From positions 32,001 to 96,000 of IMG/VR virus record IMGVR_UViG_3300020048_000009: a stretch of 64,000 nucleotides of DNA; one strand, given 5' to 3'. Numbering within the stretch: the stretch's first letter is position 1; each line of letters opens with the position of its first letter. The position numbers and the translations under genes are program-made. Origin of the DNA: a virus (taxonomy: Duplodnaviria; Caudoviricetes). The notes under the pieces are model-generated. The model ran no database searches and had not been told where the DNA came from. It was given only the letters and a program-made list of their open reading frames with translations. Below, in pieces: positions 39,848 to 50,467 of this stretch.

Positions 39848-40699
39848 ATTAATGAATTAAATACTATACATAAATTATGTGATTGTGGCTGTGGTAAAGA
39901 AGTTTCTATAAATAGAGATACCAAAAAGCCTAATAAAGTTATTAGGGGACATACATCAATAGCGATTAGAAAGAAATTAGCAGAATCGCATACTGGGAAA
40001 AAATTCTCAGAAGAACATAAAACAAATTTAGCACTTTCACATAAATGTAAAGAAACACAACAAAAGCTAAAAGATACCAATATAAAAAAATATGGTGTCG
40101 AAAGCCCAATGCAATCGCCTATTCTTAGAGAGAATCATAAAAAGGCATGTTTAAAAAACCTAGGATATAATACACCACGAGAATCCGCTCTGGTTAAAGA
40201 AAAGCATAATAAAACATGTATAGAGAAGTATGGGGTAGATAATTGGGCTAAATCAATAGATGGTCGCAAATTTGCTAGGGTTAATAGAATAAAGGTAATT
40301 GAAGTTCAGAAACTAAATGGTGAGCCTTTAAGCCCATGTATAGGTATAAAAGAAAGAGAATGCTTAAATGAATTACAACCCCATATTTCATTTAATATCA
40401 TTAGGAACGATCACTCCTTTAAAAAATTAACTGGAAGATTTCCAGATGGTCATATCAAAGAACTTAAATTATTTATACAATTTGATGAGCGGCACCATTT
40501 CATAGATAAAGAAATGTTAATATATAAAGAACAAGATATTCGATGTACTAAAGATTTAGAATCAATACCTGGTTATACGGTTTTTAGAATTTCAGAAAGA
40601 GAATGGTTAGACAATAAACAAAAGGTTATAATAGATTTTAAAAATATATGTAAACAGTGTACATTACCACAAAGCATGTCTGAAAATAATTTTAACTAA
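39845..40699 (+). CDS. free-standing endonuclease (NUMOD3 plus Vsr/DUF559-like nuclease)
   Basis: CDCGCG, GKKFSEEHK..L, PDG.I.EL...IQFDE.HH..D..Y.VFRI. Confidence 0.8.
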   Translation: MINELNTIHKLCDCGCGKEVSINRDTKKPNKVIRGHTSIAIRKKLAESHTGKKFSEEHKTNLALSHKCKETQQKLKDTNIKKYGVESPMQSPILRENHKKACLKNLGYNTPRESALVKEKHNKTCIEKYGVDNWAKSIDGRKFARVNRIKVIEVQKLNGEPLSPCIGIKERECLNELQPHISFNIIRNDHSFKKLTGRFPDGHIKELKLFIQFDERHHFIDKEMLIYKEQDIRCTKDLESIPGYTVFRISEREWLDNKQKVIIDFKNICKQCTLPQSMSENNFN

Positions 40700-40777
40700 A
40701 TTTAGATTTGCGGTGTATTAACAACGACGTTTAAGGTAATATAGTATTATCTTAATTAAACAAAGGAGCAACAACTG

Positions 40778-40909
40778 ATGAAGACCGTGACCAATGGAAA
40801 AGAGATCAAGCGAGCAACCGATGCGCAAGCAACCAAGCTCGTTGATAAGCAGGGTTGGAAGTATTGTTCGAAAGAACTGTGGAAAAAAGAAGTTCGTGAT
40901 GTAAAGTAA
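40778..40909 (+). CDS. small hypothetical protein (43 aa, not in ORF track)
   Basis: AAGGAG RBS; MKTVTNGKEIKR. Confidence 0.55.
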   Translation: MKTVTNGKEIKRATDAQATKLVDKQGWKYCSKELWKKEVRDVK

Positions 40910-40932
40910 ACAAATCAAACAAGGAAAAAATT

Positions 40933-41547
40933 ATGAGCAAAGTATTCAAGTTGGACAAGGCTGGGCGTGACACATTGTTACAGGCGGTGGCGGCAAAATT
41001 CGCGGCAACATCTGCGTGGCCGATCAAGGAGTCAGATCGCAAGGAAAATTACGTTTTCCTGGATCCGGTTATGGGCATGAAGGCATACAATGAAGGCGTC
41101 CGCTTCTGTGTGCAGTCGTCAGCGAAGACCGTCAATGTCTGCCTGGAAGTTTATTCCCGCAAGGAGGATGAAGCCAAGCAGCACGCGTTCGCCGCTCGTT
41201 TGCAAGAAGTGTTTGCGGACAAGGTTGAAGTTGCAGGCCTCAAGATGGAGTGGAAGGTTATCTATAAGGGTGGATTGCTCCGCGTTGCAATTCCCGCCAA
41301 CAAGACGGATGACGAAATGGTGACCATCATGTCTGACTTCAAGGCCGCTTTGATTGCCGAGTATAACGGCTTCTTCGCTGAGCTGGCCGCATCTGCTGAT
41401 GATACACCCATCACACCTGTGCCTGAGCAAGCTCCCGTTGAAGAGGTAGCTGCTCCTGCCGAAGGTGCACCGGCCGCTGATCAGGTGATTGAAGATGAAG
41501 CGCCTGCTGCGCCGCCCGTTGTTGAAGAGGAAGTTGACTTGGCATAA
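40933..41547 (+). CDS. hypothetical protein, possibly DUF4268-like, with acidic Ala/Pro tail
   Basis: GC-rich codons; VNVCLEVY...LQEVF..K.E..W pattern. Confidence 0.65.
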   Translation: MSKVFKLDKAGRDTLLQAVAAKFAATSAWPIKESDRKENYVFLDPVMGMKAYNEGVRFCVQSSAKTVNVCLEVYSRKEDEAKQHAFAARLQEVFADKVEVAGLKMEWKVIYKGGLLRVAIPANKTDDEMVTIMSDFKAALIAEYNGFFAELAASADDTPITPVPEQAPVEEVAAPAEGAPAADQVIEDEAPAAPPVVEEEVDLA

Positions 41548-42160
41548 GCAAGTGAAATGGTCTTCGAGAAGGGTGTGTAGCAATACACACCTTTTTTATT
41601 TTCTATAGGTGTATATCATCTAAAGCTTTTGTTATTATTAATATATGAAAGCAAAGAAAAAGAAACCTGTTATGAAATCGATTAGAAAGTCTTGGGGGAT
41701 CCGACCTGTAACAAAGGTAAAGGAATCTAAGAAAATCTATAAGCGGGATAATAAAAATCCGCAGTGTATTTATTAGAATAGTTTTGGCATTATATAAGTA
41801 TAACAAATCAAACAAGGAGCACGTTATGAATGGTCAAGACTGGGATGATGATGGAATCTGGTGGGGACGTGGTGATTGGTCAAGTTACTAAGGAGAACAA
41901 GTTATGAGAATCTATGGAATCTTCGCATACTTTTTTCCAAAGCGCAAGTATATGTGCCTTGGTTGTGGTGTACATGGAGAAATGGATCAGATTAAGGATC
42001 CTGCCATGAAGTGTCCCAAGTGTGGACATTGGACTGTAAAGTTTTTAAATTAAAATTAAAACTTCGGTGTATTATCTTCAAACTATCTGTTATATTAATA
42101 GTATAACAAATCAACAACAGATGTTAATCAAAACATCTCATTAAGAAAGAGAACAAAAAC

Positions 42161-42472
42161 ATGAACAAGCGTGATTCAAAAGGTCGGTTCCTTCCCAAGT
42201 CGGCGAAGGTTGAAGCTACAGTTACCCCCAAGGTCGCTCCTCAGGTCGAGAAGATGATCCAGGGTATTCCCATGAAGGAAATCGTTGCACTCGGTCAGAA
42301 GGCAATTTCCCTTCTCGGCACGGCAACCATCCAGAAGATGGAAGCAGCTCTCATCGAGCAGTACAAGAATGAGCCCATCTTCGTCAGCAACATGGAAAAG
42401 CTTCTGCCCATCTATCTCAAGCTCGGTATGACGGATGTTGCAAATACCGTGGTTGACAAGCTGATCGGCTAA
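42161..42472 (+). CDS. KRDxxGRF-family small protein
   Basis: MNKRDSKGRFLPKSA; C-terminal LGMT.VA shared with 29492. Confidence 0.75.
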   Translation: MNKRDSKGRFLPKSAKVEATVTPKVAPQVEKMIQGIPMKEIVALGQKAISLLGTATIQKMEAALIEQYKNEPIFVSNMEKLLPIYLKLGMTDVANTVVDKLIG

Positions 42473-42687
42473 TCTCCTCACAACATAGGGTTGGATAGTG
42501 TCAGACTATCCAATCTTATTTTTTTAAAGACTTTACTTAAATGTAAAGATCTTTTTATTTTACTTTTTGCCTTTTGTTGGTATACACAACAGATTAAAAG
42601 GTTTTATATTTTCTAATAATGTTTAGGTGTATTATTAGAAGACTTTTTGTTATATTTATATTATAACAATTTGTACAGGAGCACGTT

Positions 42688-43554
42688 ATGCAGATATCGA
42701 TTAAATCCTTTGTTACCGAGACAATGACTAAAACCTATAAGATTCCTTTAAATAGGGATGCTAATGTTCGAGCTATTGCCATCAATGTACTTGCTCCTGA
42801 TGTCGAGTATCCTGTCTGGCTTATCCATGAGGTAGATGGTGCAGGACGTACCACCTTTAGAGTTGCAGGTCGTATTAATGACACGTATGCGCAGGCTGTT
42901 GGCAATGAAGTAGTTGATGTTACGATAGCATCACAACAGTATTATGCCTTTGTGACAGAGTGGAATGTTGAAGCCGAACGCCTACAGGAAATTGAAAAAC
43001 AAAAAGCCATTGCAATAGAAAATGAAAAAATTGCAGTGATAATGGCAGATATTAATAAGGTGTTTCCTGTTATGGGAGCAATCGGTGGTGAAAAGGTAGA
43101 CAATCAATGGTCGTTTAATGAACCTCCTACTTCTACTGTTGTTATTCTTTACTGTAACCTCGTAAAATTTAGACTAAGAAAAGAATATGACAAATGGGAG
43201 TTAACCGTTTTTGGTGAGTACACTTCTACGGCATATGAAAGCAAAAGATCAAAAAATCTTTTACCCGTTCTAAAATATATTCTAGAAATCTGTCAAGAGT
43301 ATTTTGATCGGGCTAAAATCCGGTTTGAAGAAAGACGTCGTGAAAAACTATTAAGAACCGTGATGACCGAGGCAGGCTGGGAACATGATAGCGGCAGCCG
43401 CTGGATTAAAAACAGACCTGATGGTGGAGAGTATAAAGCCTGGGTTGAAATGGATGATGCACCAAGTGAGAGGGTTTATATCGTTTCTCTTTCCAGGAAA
43501 ATTGCAGGAATGGAAATAGTTCCTAGCAAAAATGACTGTTGTATCATGGAGTGA
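42688..43554 (+). CDS. hypothetical early protein
   Basis: AGGAG RBS, early promoter. Confidence 0.7.
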   Translation: MQISIKSFVTETMTKTYKIPLNRDANVRAIAINVLAPDVEYPVWLIHEVDGAGRTTFRVAGRINDTYAQAVGNEVVDVTIASQQYYAFVTEWNVEAERLQEIEKQKAIAIENEKIAVIMADINKVFPVMGAIGGEKVDNQWSFNEPPTSTVVILYCNLVKFRLRKEYDKWELTVFGEYTSTAYESKRSKNLLPVLKYILEICQEYFDRAKIRFEERRREKLLRTVMTEAGWEHDSGSRWIKNRPDGGEYKAWVEMDDAPSERVYIVSLSRKIAGMEIVPSKNDCCIME

Positions 43555-43620
43555 TGCGAGTGTATTTCTTCTAAGTGTTTTAGTATTATATAAGTATAAC
43601 AAATCAACAAGGAGTATCAA

Positions 43621-43932
43621 ATGGTCTTAACAATTATTATTTTGTCGGTTGTAATCGTAATGCTCATCGGCGTTCTTATCGTGGGTAAAATGTTTTATTC
43701 TGATTTGATTGCCGGCTTTGAATGGGAAGCTGAAGAGTATAAGAAAAAGCTTGAGGTCTATAAAGCAGAACGAAACACATATATCACGCGCAGAGTGGAT
43801 CTTGAATGTGCTCTCCTCTGGTGGGTGAATGAATGTATGAAAGACTATTCCGATAAACAATACGGAAAAGGAAAGTTGAAAGAATTGATTGAAAAGGATA
43901 AATTAATTAACATTTCGAAAGTGAGTAAATAA
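43621..43932 (+). CDS. membrane-anchored small protein
   Basis: N-terminal TM; early promoter. Confidence 0.7.
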   Translation: MVLTIIILSVVIVMLIGVLIVGKMFYSDLIAGFEWEAEEYKKKLEVYKAERNTYITRRVDLECALLWWVNECMKDYSDKQYGKGKLKELIEKDKLINISKVSK

Positions 43933-43933
43933 T

Positions 43934-44632
43934 ATGAAAGATCTAATTGCATATCTAGGAAATTCTACAACTGATGAACGCTATCAGAAACTGATCGGGT
44001 TACTTCAGGAATGCGGCGCAGACTTCTATACACAAATGAATGATCCCTTTAACGCATTCTTTGCTGTGAAGAACATTATCATCCCGGCTCGTGAGCAAGT
44101 GAATAAGATTGTTCTCTGTGCACATTACGATGTTGTATATGGATCGTCTGGCTATTTGGATAATACATCAGCTATCGTTTTGGTGTTGTCCATTCTGCCT
44201 GATCTGTTGAAGCATGATAACGTTGAGATCATTTTCTCAGATAGAGAAGAGCAAGGCGGAACAGGTGCAAGTCACTATTGCAACATGTCCAAAACCGTTC
44301 CTCGCTTGGTTGTCAACCTTGACATCATCGGGCATGGCGAAGTGCTGTACTATTGTCGGTACAATGTACACTCTACAATCTTGGAGAAACTGAACGAAAA
44401 GTGTATTGAACAGAATTATCCCTTCTGTGATTTCAATATCTTTAGAATGAATCAGTTCCCTTGTGTGTCAATCATCTCTGCTCCATCTGGACCCTTTCAG
44501 GCAGCACTCACAGCAGACTACACATGTATGCATCGCGGGAAGTTCGATGGCGACATGGACAAGATTGACATCAACACTCTTGAACGTACACAAATCGTTT
44601 TACTTGAGCTGCTGGAATTTATGAATTCTTAA
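43934..44632 (+). CDS. M28-family zinc peptidase
   Basis: LCAHYD, G.LDN.S, DREEQG..GA, NLD.IG, C-terminal H. Confidence 0.85.
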   Translation: MKDLIAYLGNSTTDERYQKLIGLLQECGADFYTQMNDPFNAFFAVKNIIIPAREQVNKIVLCAHYDVVYGSSGYLDNTSAIVLVLSILPDLLKHDNVEIIFSDREEQGGTGASHYCNMSKTVPRLVVNLDIIGHGEVLYYCRYNVHSTILEKLNEKCIEQNYPFCDFNIFRMNQFPCVSIISAPSGPFQAALTADYTCMHRGKFDGDMDKIDINTLERTQIVLLELLEFMNS

Positions 44633-44704
44633 AAGAGTAGGTATATTTTATAATAGAAATAACCTACAATAGTATTATAACAATTCATTAAGAGAGGTAT
44701 CATT

Positions 44705-44959
44705 ATGAAGAAGATGCGAGTTTCAATTTGCGGCAAGAAGCACACCATCGAAGTTCCTGAAGGTTACAAGCGAGTCTTCAAGGGCCGGATTTTTAATGGC
44801 GACCTTTGGTTTGATGCTAATGGTGATCGGACTGTTCTTGCGCACGCTGAGCATGCTTCAAATATCGAAGATGGCTGGGAATGTATTTTCAGAAAGATTG
44901 AGGATCTTCCTGCGCCTGAACCCAAAATCGATGTTGTAATTATTTTGGTAATTGTTTAA
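44705..44959 (+). CDS. hypothetical protein
   Basis: GAGG RBS. Confidence 0.6.
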   Translation: MKKMRVSICGKKHTIEVPEGYKRVFKGRIFNGDLWFDANGDRTVLAHAEHASNIEDGWECIFRKIEDLPAPEPKIDVVIILVIV

Positions 44960-45039
44960 TCCATCAGTATATTTTCAGAATGAATTGTTATATTATTTAA
45001 GTATAACAATTCGTTATTACTTATTAGAAAGGATTAAGT

Positions 45040-45501
45040 ATGCCAGTTTATACTGTGAAGAATATTAAAACTTTTAGAGGACATGAGGGCCATGGTTTTA
45101 ATGTAAGCTTATATTGTGACAATAAGAAAGTTGCATTTGTAATGGATCAAGCAGATGGTCACCCTGTCATTATTGAATGGGATGATCCTTCTGCTGAAGG
45201 CGTTTTAAATAATCATATTAAAGATATGACTTACACTTTTTATGAAACCGTTAATCCAATGACAGCTGATATTTTCATTGCACAACTTGTGGATAGGGTT
45301 GAAAATGAAAAAGCTGTTCTCGCTCAACAAAAACGTTGGATTAAAAATCAAACGGTTTTTCATATTAAAGGTGAACCTGAAGGAGACTTCAGAACTGTTA
45401 AATCTCCTTTTTCTAAAAAGATCAAAGAGTTTATCATAAATAAATATGGTGATCAAGTGGAGTATATTCTAAATGAACGTCATGGACAAATCGCAGTTTA
45501 A
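45040..45501 (+). CDS. hypothetical early protein
   Basis: RBS and early promoter. Confidence 0.7.
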   Translation: MPVYTVKNIKTFRGHEGHGFNVSLYCDNKKVAFVMDQADGHPVIIEWDDPSAEGVLNNHIKDMTYTFYETVNPMTADIFIAQLVDRVENEKAVLAQQKRWIKNQTVFHIKGEPEGDFRTVKSPFSKKIKEFIINKYGDQVEYILNERHGQIAV

Positions 45502-45808
45502 CAACCCTTTAACAAACCCTATTGCAATCAATAGGGTTAATCTGCCCTTTATGAATGTTGGTGCAGATCCGCTGTTTGTGTTCTATATTGGTGTATTAGG
45601 AGAAGTTCATTTCTATGCTTTTCCGATTAGCTCTAAACTCAATCAAGAAGAAACGTCTGTCTTCATTGAGAAAGCTATTAAATACATCAAGCTGGAGTAC
45701 TCAAAGGAATACATCCTTGTGACCAGGGTTGAGCCTGATGGGTTTCTGATGTTGCAGGACGTAGACAAAATAATCGCTGATCGTAAAGCAGCACAAAAAG
45801 AAAAGTAA
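45473..45808 (+). CDS. hypothetical protein (start uncertain)
   Basis: ORF; alternative ATG 45551. Confidence 0.5.
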   Translation: MNVMDKSQFNNPLTNPIAINRVNLPFMNVGADPLFVFYIGVLGEVHFYAFPISSKLNQEETSVFIEKAIKYIKLEYSKEYILVTRVEPDGFLMLQDVDKIIADRKAAQKEK

Positions 45809-45974
45809 AATAGAATTCCTAGAGAACACCAATCTAGGAATTCTATTTTTTATTTAGAATATACGGTATACATATTATAATATTAATATGTTTTGATTTT
45901 TAAATAAATCCAGTATATTTCTTCTGAATGATTTGTTAATATATAAGTATAACAAATCAACAAAGGTTATCGCT

Positions 45975-46421
45975 ATGAAGAAGATTACGTTTTGGGAAGT
46001 GTTTCAAAATCGCGTATCGAATTGTGCTGGCTGCAAAGGCTGGCAATGTGCGTTCACAAAGGAGAATGGTTTTGAATTCCCTTATCGATATTCGAAGGAC
46101 ACAGAGCGCAATGATGGTGTGCCAGGGCCTTACACACCGGCTGAATGTAAGGTCATCAATGCTGATCTGTCTGATGCCAAGCGGCAGTTCAAGGCATATG
46201 TGGAGGGGCTCAAGATTCTCTTCAAGAACAATTTCTATCCGGGTGCATGTGAATCAATGGTACAGGGTGAAAAGGATCGCGTGGATTTGATCGCCAGGTT
46301 TCACAAGCTGATCTATTCCTTTAACAATGGGACGAAGGATATTATCAAGATTGGAATGGGATCTAAGTATTCCATTACCGATTATGTCGATGGCAGCTTT
46401 GTCGGGTATATAAGGGATTAA
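45975..46421 (+). CDS. hypothetical early protein
   Basis: start after conserved leader. Confidence 0.65.
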   Translation: MKKITFWEVFQNRVSNCAGCKGWQCAFTKENGFEFPYRYSKDTERNDGVPGPYTPAECKVINADLSDAKRQFKAYVEGLKILFKNNFYPGACESMVQGEKDRVDLIARFHKLIYSFNNGTKDIIKIGMGSKYSITDYVDGSFVGYIRD

Positions 46422-46484
46422 TCAAACTAGGTGTATTAATTAAAATCATTCTTATATAATAATAAGAAACGAAAGGATTATATT

Positions 46485-46712
46485 ATGACAGATGGAGTTT
46501 ATGCTATTTTTACGACTATTTTACTGATTATTGCGGGCGTTCTCTTTTTTAGAATGGGAATGTCTTTTACGGATTTTGAATTTTCACGTGGCGAACGTAA
46601 AGTTTTTGCCTGGTCTAATGTTTCAGATCTGAATGCTGAATTGGCAAAAGGCTGGACGGTCATCAGAACATATGATGTTACAAATAATGTTCTAGGAAAA
46701 AAGTACAGGTAG
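46485..46712 (+). CDS. small membrane protein
   Basis: N-terminal TM. Confidence 0.55.
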   Translation: MTDGVYAIFTTILLIIAGVLFFRMGMSFTDFEFSRGERKVFAWSNVSDLNAELAKGWTVIRTYDVTNNVLGKKYR

Positions 46713-46882
46713 CTGTATCTCGGTGGAATACATAAGGAGAAAATGATATGTTTACTAAGTTAGATGTCTATGGTTTTATACTGGGATCTGTTATTTTTTT
46801 CCAGGTGTACGGCCAGCAATATAGTGTAATGATTTACGAAATTACAGTGTGCAGCGTTTCAGCTTTCTGTTAATATGTTGTT

Positions 46883-47164
46883 ATGAATAAAACGTATAGC
46901 AACTTGAAAATCTTTGCACAATTCTATGCTTTATCTACTGGATATGTGGAAGGTACTATTCCACCGGTATTTAAAGAAGAGAACAAAATGCTTATTCCCG
47001 TGTGCGGATCAGATGGAACATTGCTTTTAGACGGTAGGAAATGTATTACTACTCTAATGAGCATTGCTAGCAAAACCTGTAAGGAAAGAAATTTCCTAGG
47101 ATATGTTATCAATAAAGGAACTTTTGATAATCCTAGACAACTTACAATGTTACAAACAGTTTAA
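46883..47164 (+). CDS. hypothetical protein
   Basis: ORF behind early promoter. Confidence 0.65.
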   Translation: MNKTYSNLKIFAQFYALSTGYVEGTIPPVFKEENKMLIPVCGSDGTLLLDGRKCITTLMSIASKTCKERNFLGYVINKGTFDNPRQLTMLQTV

Positions 47165-47239
47165 AGTTTTAGTGTATTTTCTTATAGTATAAGGTTATAT
47201 TATAAGTATCAAAACAAACAAAGAAAGGTTATAAAACGT

Positions 47240-47713
47240 ATGAACATTAGTGCATGGTCTATCTATTGGTTGATTAAACTCGATGCGATTATCTCTATGA
47301 TGGGGGTGTTTGGATTTATTTCACTCCTGTTCGTGTGTGTGGCAATTGGAGGTATGTGTATATCTGCGGCCATTAAGTCAGATATTACGGTTAATTATTA
47401 CACCAACAAAGAAGAGGCAGAAGCGAAACGGGTGCGATTCACGGGGTATATTAGTTTCTGGTATAAGTTGTTTAAACGTCTAATTGCTTTGCCGATAATC
47501 TTTCTTATTATGGGACACATGCTTCCTACAACAAAAGAAATGGCTGCGATTTTCGTAATCCCCAAGATCGCCAACAGCGAATTCGTTAATGAAACACTTC
47601 CTGCTGAAATGGCCGAGATCTACAGTCTGGCTAAGGATTGGATGAAGTCAATCGTTCCTACTCCTCCGATTCGAAAGCAGGCCGCAACCAATGAGGTTGA
47701 AAAAGCCAAGTAA
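47240..47713 (+). CDS. two-TM membrane protein
   Basis: hydrophobic segments; LPTTKEMAAI..IPKI motif. Confidence 0.75.
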   Translation: MNISAWSIYWLIKLDAIISMMGVFGFISLLFVCVAIGGMCISAAIKSDITVNYYTNKEEAEAKRVRFTGYISFWYKLFKRLIALPIIFLIMGHMLPTTKEMAAIFVIPKIANSEFVNETLPAEMAEIYSLAKDWMKSIVPTPPIRKQAATNEVEKAK

Positions 47714-47922
47714 AAGTCTTATCAAAAAATAAGTGGTGCACAGGTGCATGAAACCTGGTAGATGAAAGTCTACCGGGTTTTTTATTTATTTTATTAACTA
47801 TTACAGTGTACATAACAAATAGAATGTTCCTAAAAAATAATTAATAAATTTAACAATCTTCGGTGTAAAACTGTTTGATTCTTTTATATTATATAAGTAT
47901 AACAAATCACAACAAGGAGTTT

Positions 47923-48207
47923 ATGACAAACGAGTTAATAAACACGATTATGACAATGACCGAGGATCAAGTTGAAGAGGTTTATAAATTCACGGCCAAT
48001 CGTCTTAACACGTTCCTCAGAGAGCGTCAACGTCGGGCAGCGTTTAACTTTAACATTGGCCAACGTGTTCAGTTCTATTCGAGCAAAATGTGCCGGAATA
48101 TAATCGGCCCTATTACAAAGATTAATTCTAAGTCGGTTAAAATGACAGAAACATGTTCTGGAATAAAGTGGACGGTTTCTGCGGATCTTTTGAAGGCAGT
48201 GGTATAA
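47923..48207 (+). CDS. small SH3/KOW-like protein
   Basis: FNIGQRVQF...G.I.KIN.KSV. Confidence 0.6.
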   Translation: MTNELINTIMTMTEDQVEEVYKFTANRLNTFLRERQRRAAFNFNIGQRVQFYSSKMCRNIIGPITKINSKSVKMTETCSGIKWTVSADLLKAVV

Positions 48208-48231
48208 AACAAAACAACAAGGAGATTCATT

Positions 48232-49236
48232 ATGGCAGCAGGCATTCAAGAGTTTGACAAAGGTGTGCTTAAGGGCACAAGCTGGCATATGTCACCCAAG
48301 TTTATCCATCAGGATACACCCGTGACACGTGAGCAGGTTAATACTGTATTCGGTTTCAACATCATTAAGAAGCCGTTGCACTTCATCACTGATGCAGGCG
48401 TGACGGTTAAGGTTGATGGTGCAAATGCTCTCATCCGTGAAGATACCGGTCATATCCTGGTGCCTTCTGTGGGCGATCGCTTTGTCGCTGAATCAAACCT
48501 CAAGCTCGCTGATATTGTGTATGGCGGCGTTTTGAAGGCCTTCCCTGATCTGATCGTTGAGGGTTGTATTACTCTCTGGAATAATCAGACAGCTGTTCTG
48601 CAGCTGCACGGCGGGGAATTCCAAGTTCGCGGTGATCAGTCACCATCCTTCACCCGGATGATGTACGTCAATCCCCTTGGTAAGGGTGCATACTCGGCAA
48701 TGGTTCACAATGAACGCGTCGTGTGTAACAATACGCTGCGTGCGGCGATGGCTGAAGGTGCTGCTAACAAGAGCTTGCGCCGGTTCTCACACACTCACAC
48801 GGCTTTTGATAAGATCAACAGCTACATGGAGGAAATCGCAGCGACCAAGCTGGCTCTTGCGCGGCATGTTGAAGAGCTCAATGTTCTGTCTGGCTTGAAC
48901 GTAACAACTGAAGAGGTCCAAGACTTCCTCAAGGTTATGTTCCCGAAGTCGGAAGCTATGTCTGATTGTCAGCTCGAACGTTCGGAACTTGCACGGGCAA
49001 ATCTTCTGGAAGTTTTTGAGTCTGATCAGAATCTCGTCGCAGAAAACAACAAGTCTCGTTATGCTCTGTTGAATGCCCTGACGTATTCGATTGATCATGA
49101 CGCGTCTAAAATCGGAAAGCGTGGTCGTGACGCTGCGGCAAACCAGTGGGATAACTGGACAGGTATGGGCATGGACAAAAAGATTGAGGCCTTCAACTAT
49201 CTCAATCGTCCGGTCTTAGCACCAGTTGCTGCATAA
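48232..49236 (+). CDS. DUF932 (TIGR03299-like) phage/plasmid protein
   Basis: ALIREDTG..L...GDRF, ERVVCNNTL..A, H...A, YALLNALT...DH. Confidence 0.8.
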   Translation: MAAGIQEFDKGVLKGTSWHMSPKFIHQDTPVTREQVNTVFGFNIIKKPLHFITDAGVTVKVDGANALIREDTGHILVPSVGDRFVAESNLKLADIVYGGVLKAFPDLIVEGCITLWNNQTAVLQLHGGEFQVRGDQSPSFTRMMYVNPLGKGAYSAMVHNERVVCNNTLRAAMAEGAANKSLRRFSHTHTAFDKINSYMEEIAATKLALARHVEELNVLSGLNVTTEEVQDFLKVMFPKSEAMSDCQLERSELARANLLEVFESDQNLVAENNKSRYALLNALTYSIDHDASKIGKRGRDAAANQWDNWTGMGMDKKIEAFNYLNRPVLAPVAA

Positions 49237-49312
49237 ATTTAATAAAACTTGGTGTATGTTATTGTTGTATCTTACTATGATACATACATCAAGTTTAAAT
49301 TAAAGGTTACTT

Positions 49313-49564
49313 ATGAAGACAAGTTTTAAAGCTGCTCCTGCTGTAGAAACCGGAATTAACAAATTTCCCTGTGTTGGTGTTCTTGATGATTCCTATAAAA
49401 CGGATCTTAAAAAGGAATTGGTGGTTTTGTTTACCGCTAAACAAAGGGGAACAGTCCTGCACGTTCGTAAATCGAATTGGAAAGTTGGCGAGCATGTTGT
49501 ATGCTGGGATATGGATCAGTTCAGGAAGCTGCGCCCAGGTGAAGAGATTATTATCAAAGGTTAA
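49313..49564 (+). CDS. small hypothetical protein
   Basis: FP..G...VVLF...G.V pattern shared with 49578. Confidence 0.6.
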   Translation: MKTSFKAAPAVETGINKFPCVGVLDDSYKTDLKKELVVLFTAKQRGTVLHVRKSNWKVGEHVVCWDMDQFRKLRPGEEIIIKG

Positions 49565-49577
49565 AAAAGGAAAGTTT

Positions 49578-49874
49578 ATGAAAGTTATTATCACGGCTAT
49601 TAAAACAGCCAATAAACCGGTTCTCACACAGGCCGAACGCAATGAAAAGTTTTGGAAGGAAACGTCTTATCCGAGACTTGGTATCGATGAACAACTGGGA
49701 AATATTATTTATTTCATGTCTTATGGTAAAGGTATGAAGATTGTAAATACAACACCCATTGGTCGTGATGGCCATGCAAACGTTGTCCCAGGTGTCTTTA
49801 GAGATAATTGGACAATGGGGTATTATGCCGAATTGCCAGAAGATGTGAAGGTGAATGTTACCTTTTCAAATTAA
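49578..49874 (+). CDS. small hypothetical protein
   Basis: ATG after AAAGGA. Confidence 0.6.
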   Translation: MKVIITAIKTANKPVLTQAERNEKFWKETSYPRLGIDEQLGNIIYFMSYGKGMKIVNTTPIGRDGHANVVPGVFRDNWTMGYYAELPEDVKVNVTFSN

Positions 49875-49882
49875 GGATTGTT

Positions 49883-50239
49883 ATGAAGACATCTGGATTT
49901 GATAGAAGTTTGGGTTCTAGGGAAAATAAAGGTTTCCTTCAATTGACGAATAATGGAGGAGCCTTACTTTTCACGACATCTTTTAATGGTAATGAAGTTC
50001 CAATTATGTTGGGGCCTGCATTAGAAAAGAAAGGTGTATCATCTTTAACCGGTCAGCCATATACCTATATGAATAGTATTATATGGATCCCTAATAAGAA
50101 CGGTCCAGGCAGGGGAGCAGTAGTTCCTCTAGAAGAATTCAAACAGGCATATGCCGATAAGAATGAAGAGTACATTAAAAAGTTATGTGATTTGGGAATT
50201 CCTGATATCACATATATAAGTAAGAGATTTTTGGTATAA
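49883..50239 (+). CDS. hypothetical protein
   Basis: ATG after AAGGA. Confidence 0.6.
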   Translation: MKTSGFDRSLGSRENKGFLQLTNNGGALLFTTSFNGNEVPIMLGPALEKKGVSSLTGQPYTYMNSIIWIPNKNGPGRGAVVPLEEFKQAYADKNEEYIKKLCDLGIPDITYISKRFLV

Positions 50240-50241
50240 TT

Positions 50242-50463
50242 ATGCTAACAGAAGTAACCAAAGATTTTTATAGACAGATTACAGAACATAGAACTTATGA
50301 ATTTGAAAAGAATCGTAGGGGTGAATGGAATGTAAATGTTTATTCAAATGATCAAAAGCTAAATGAAGATGAAGCTTTTATTTCTAGAGAATCTGGAAAC
50401 ATCATGGTTATAACTGAAGCAGAAGATTTTATTAGAAACAACGAACAAGTGATTATAGGGTAA
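50242..50463 (+). CDS. small hypothetical protein
   Basis: ORF in operon. Confidence 0.55.
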   Translation: MLTEVTKDFYRQITEHRTYEFEKNRRGEWNVNVYSNDQKLNEDEAFISRESGNIMVITEAEDFIRNNEQVIIG

Positions 50464-50467
50464 GAAA

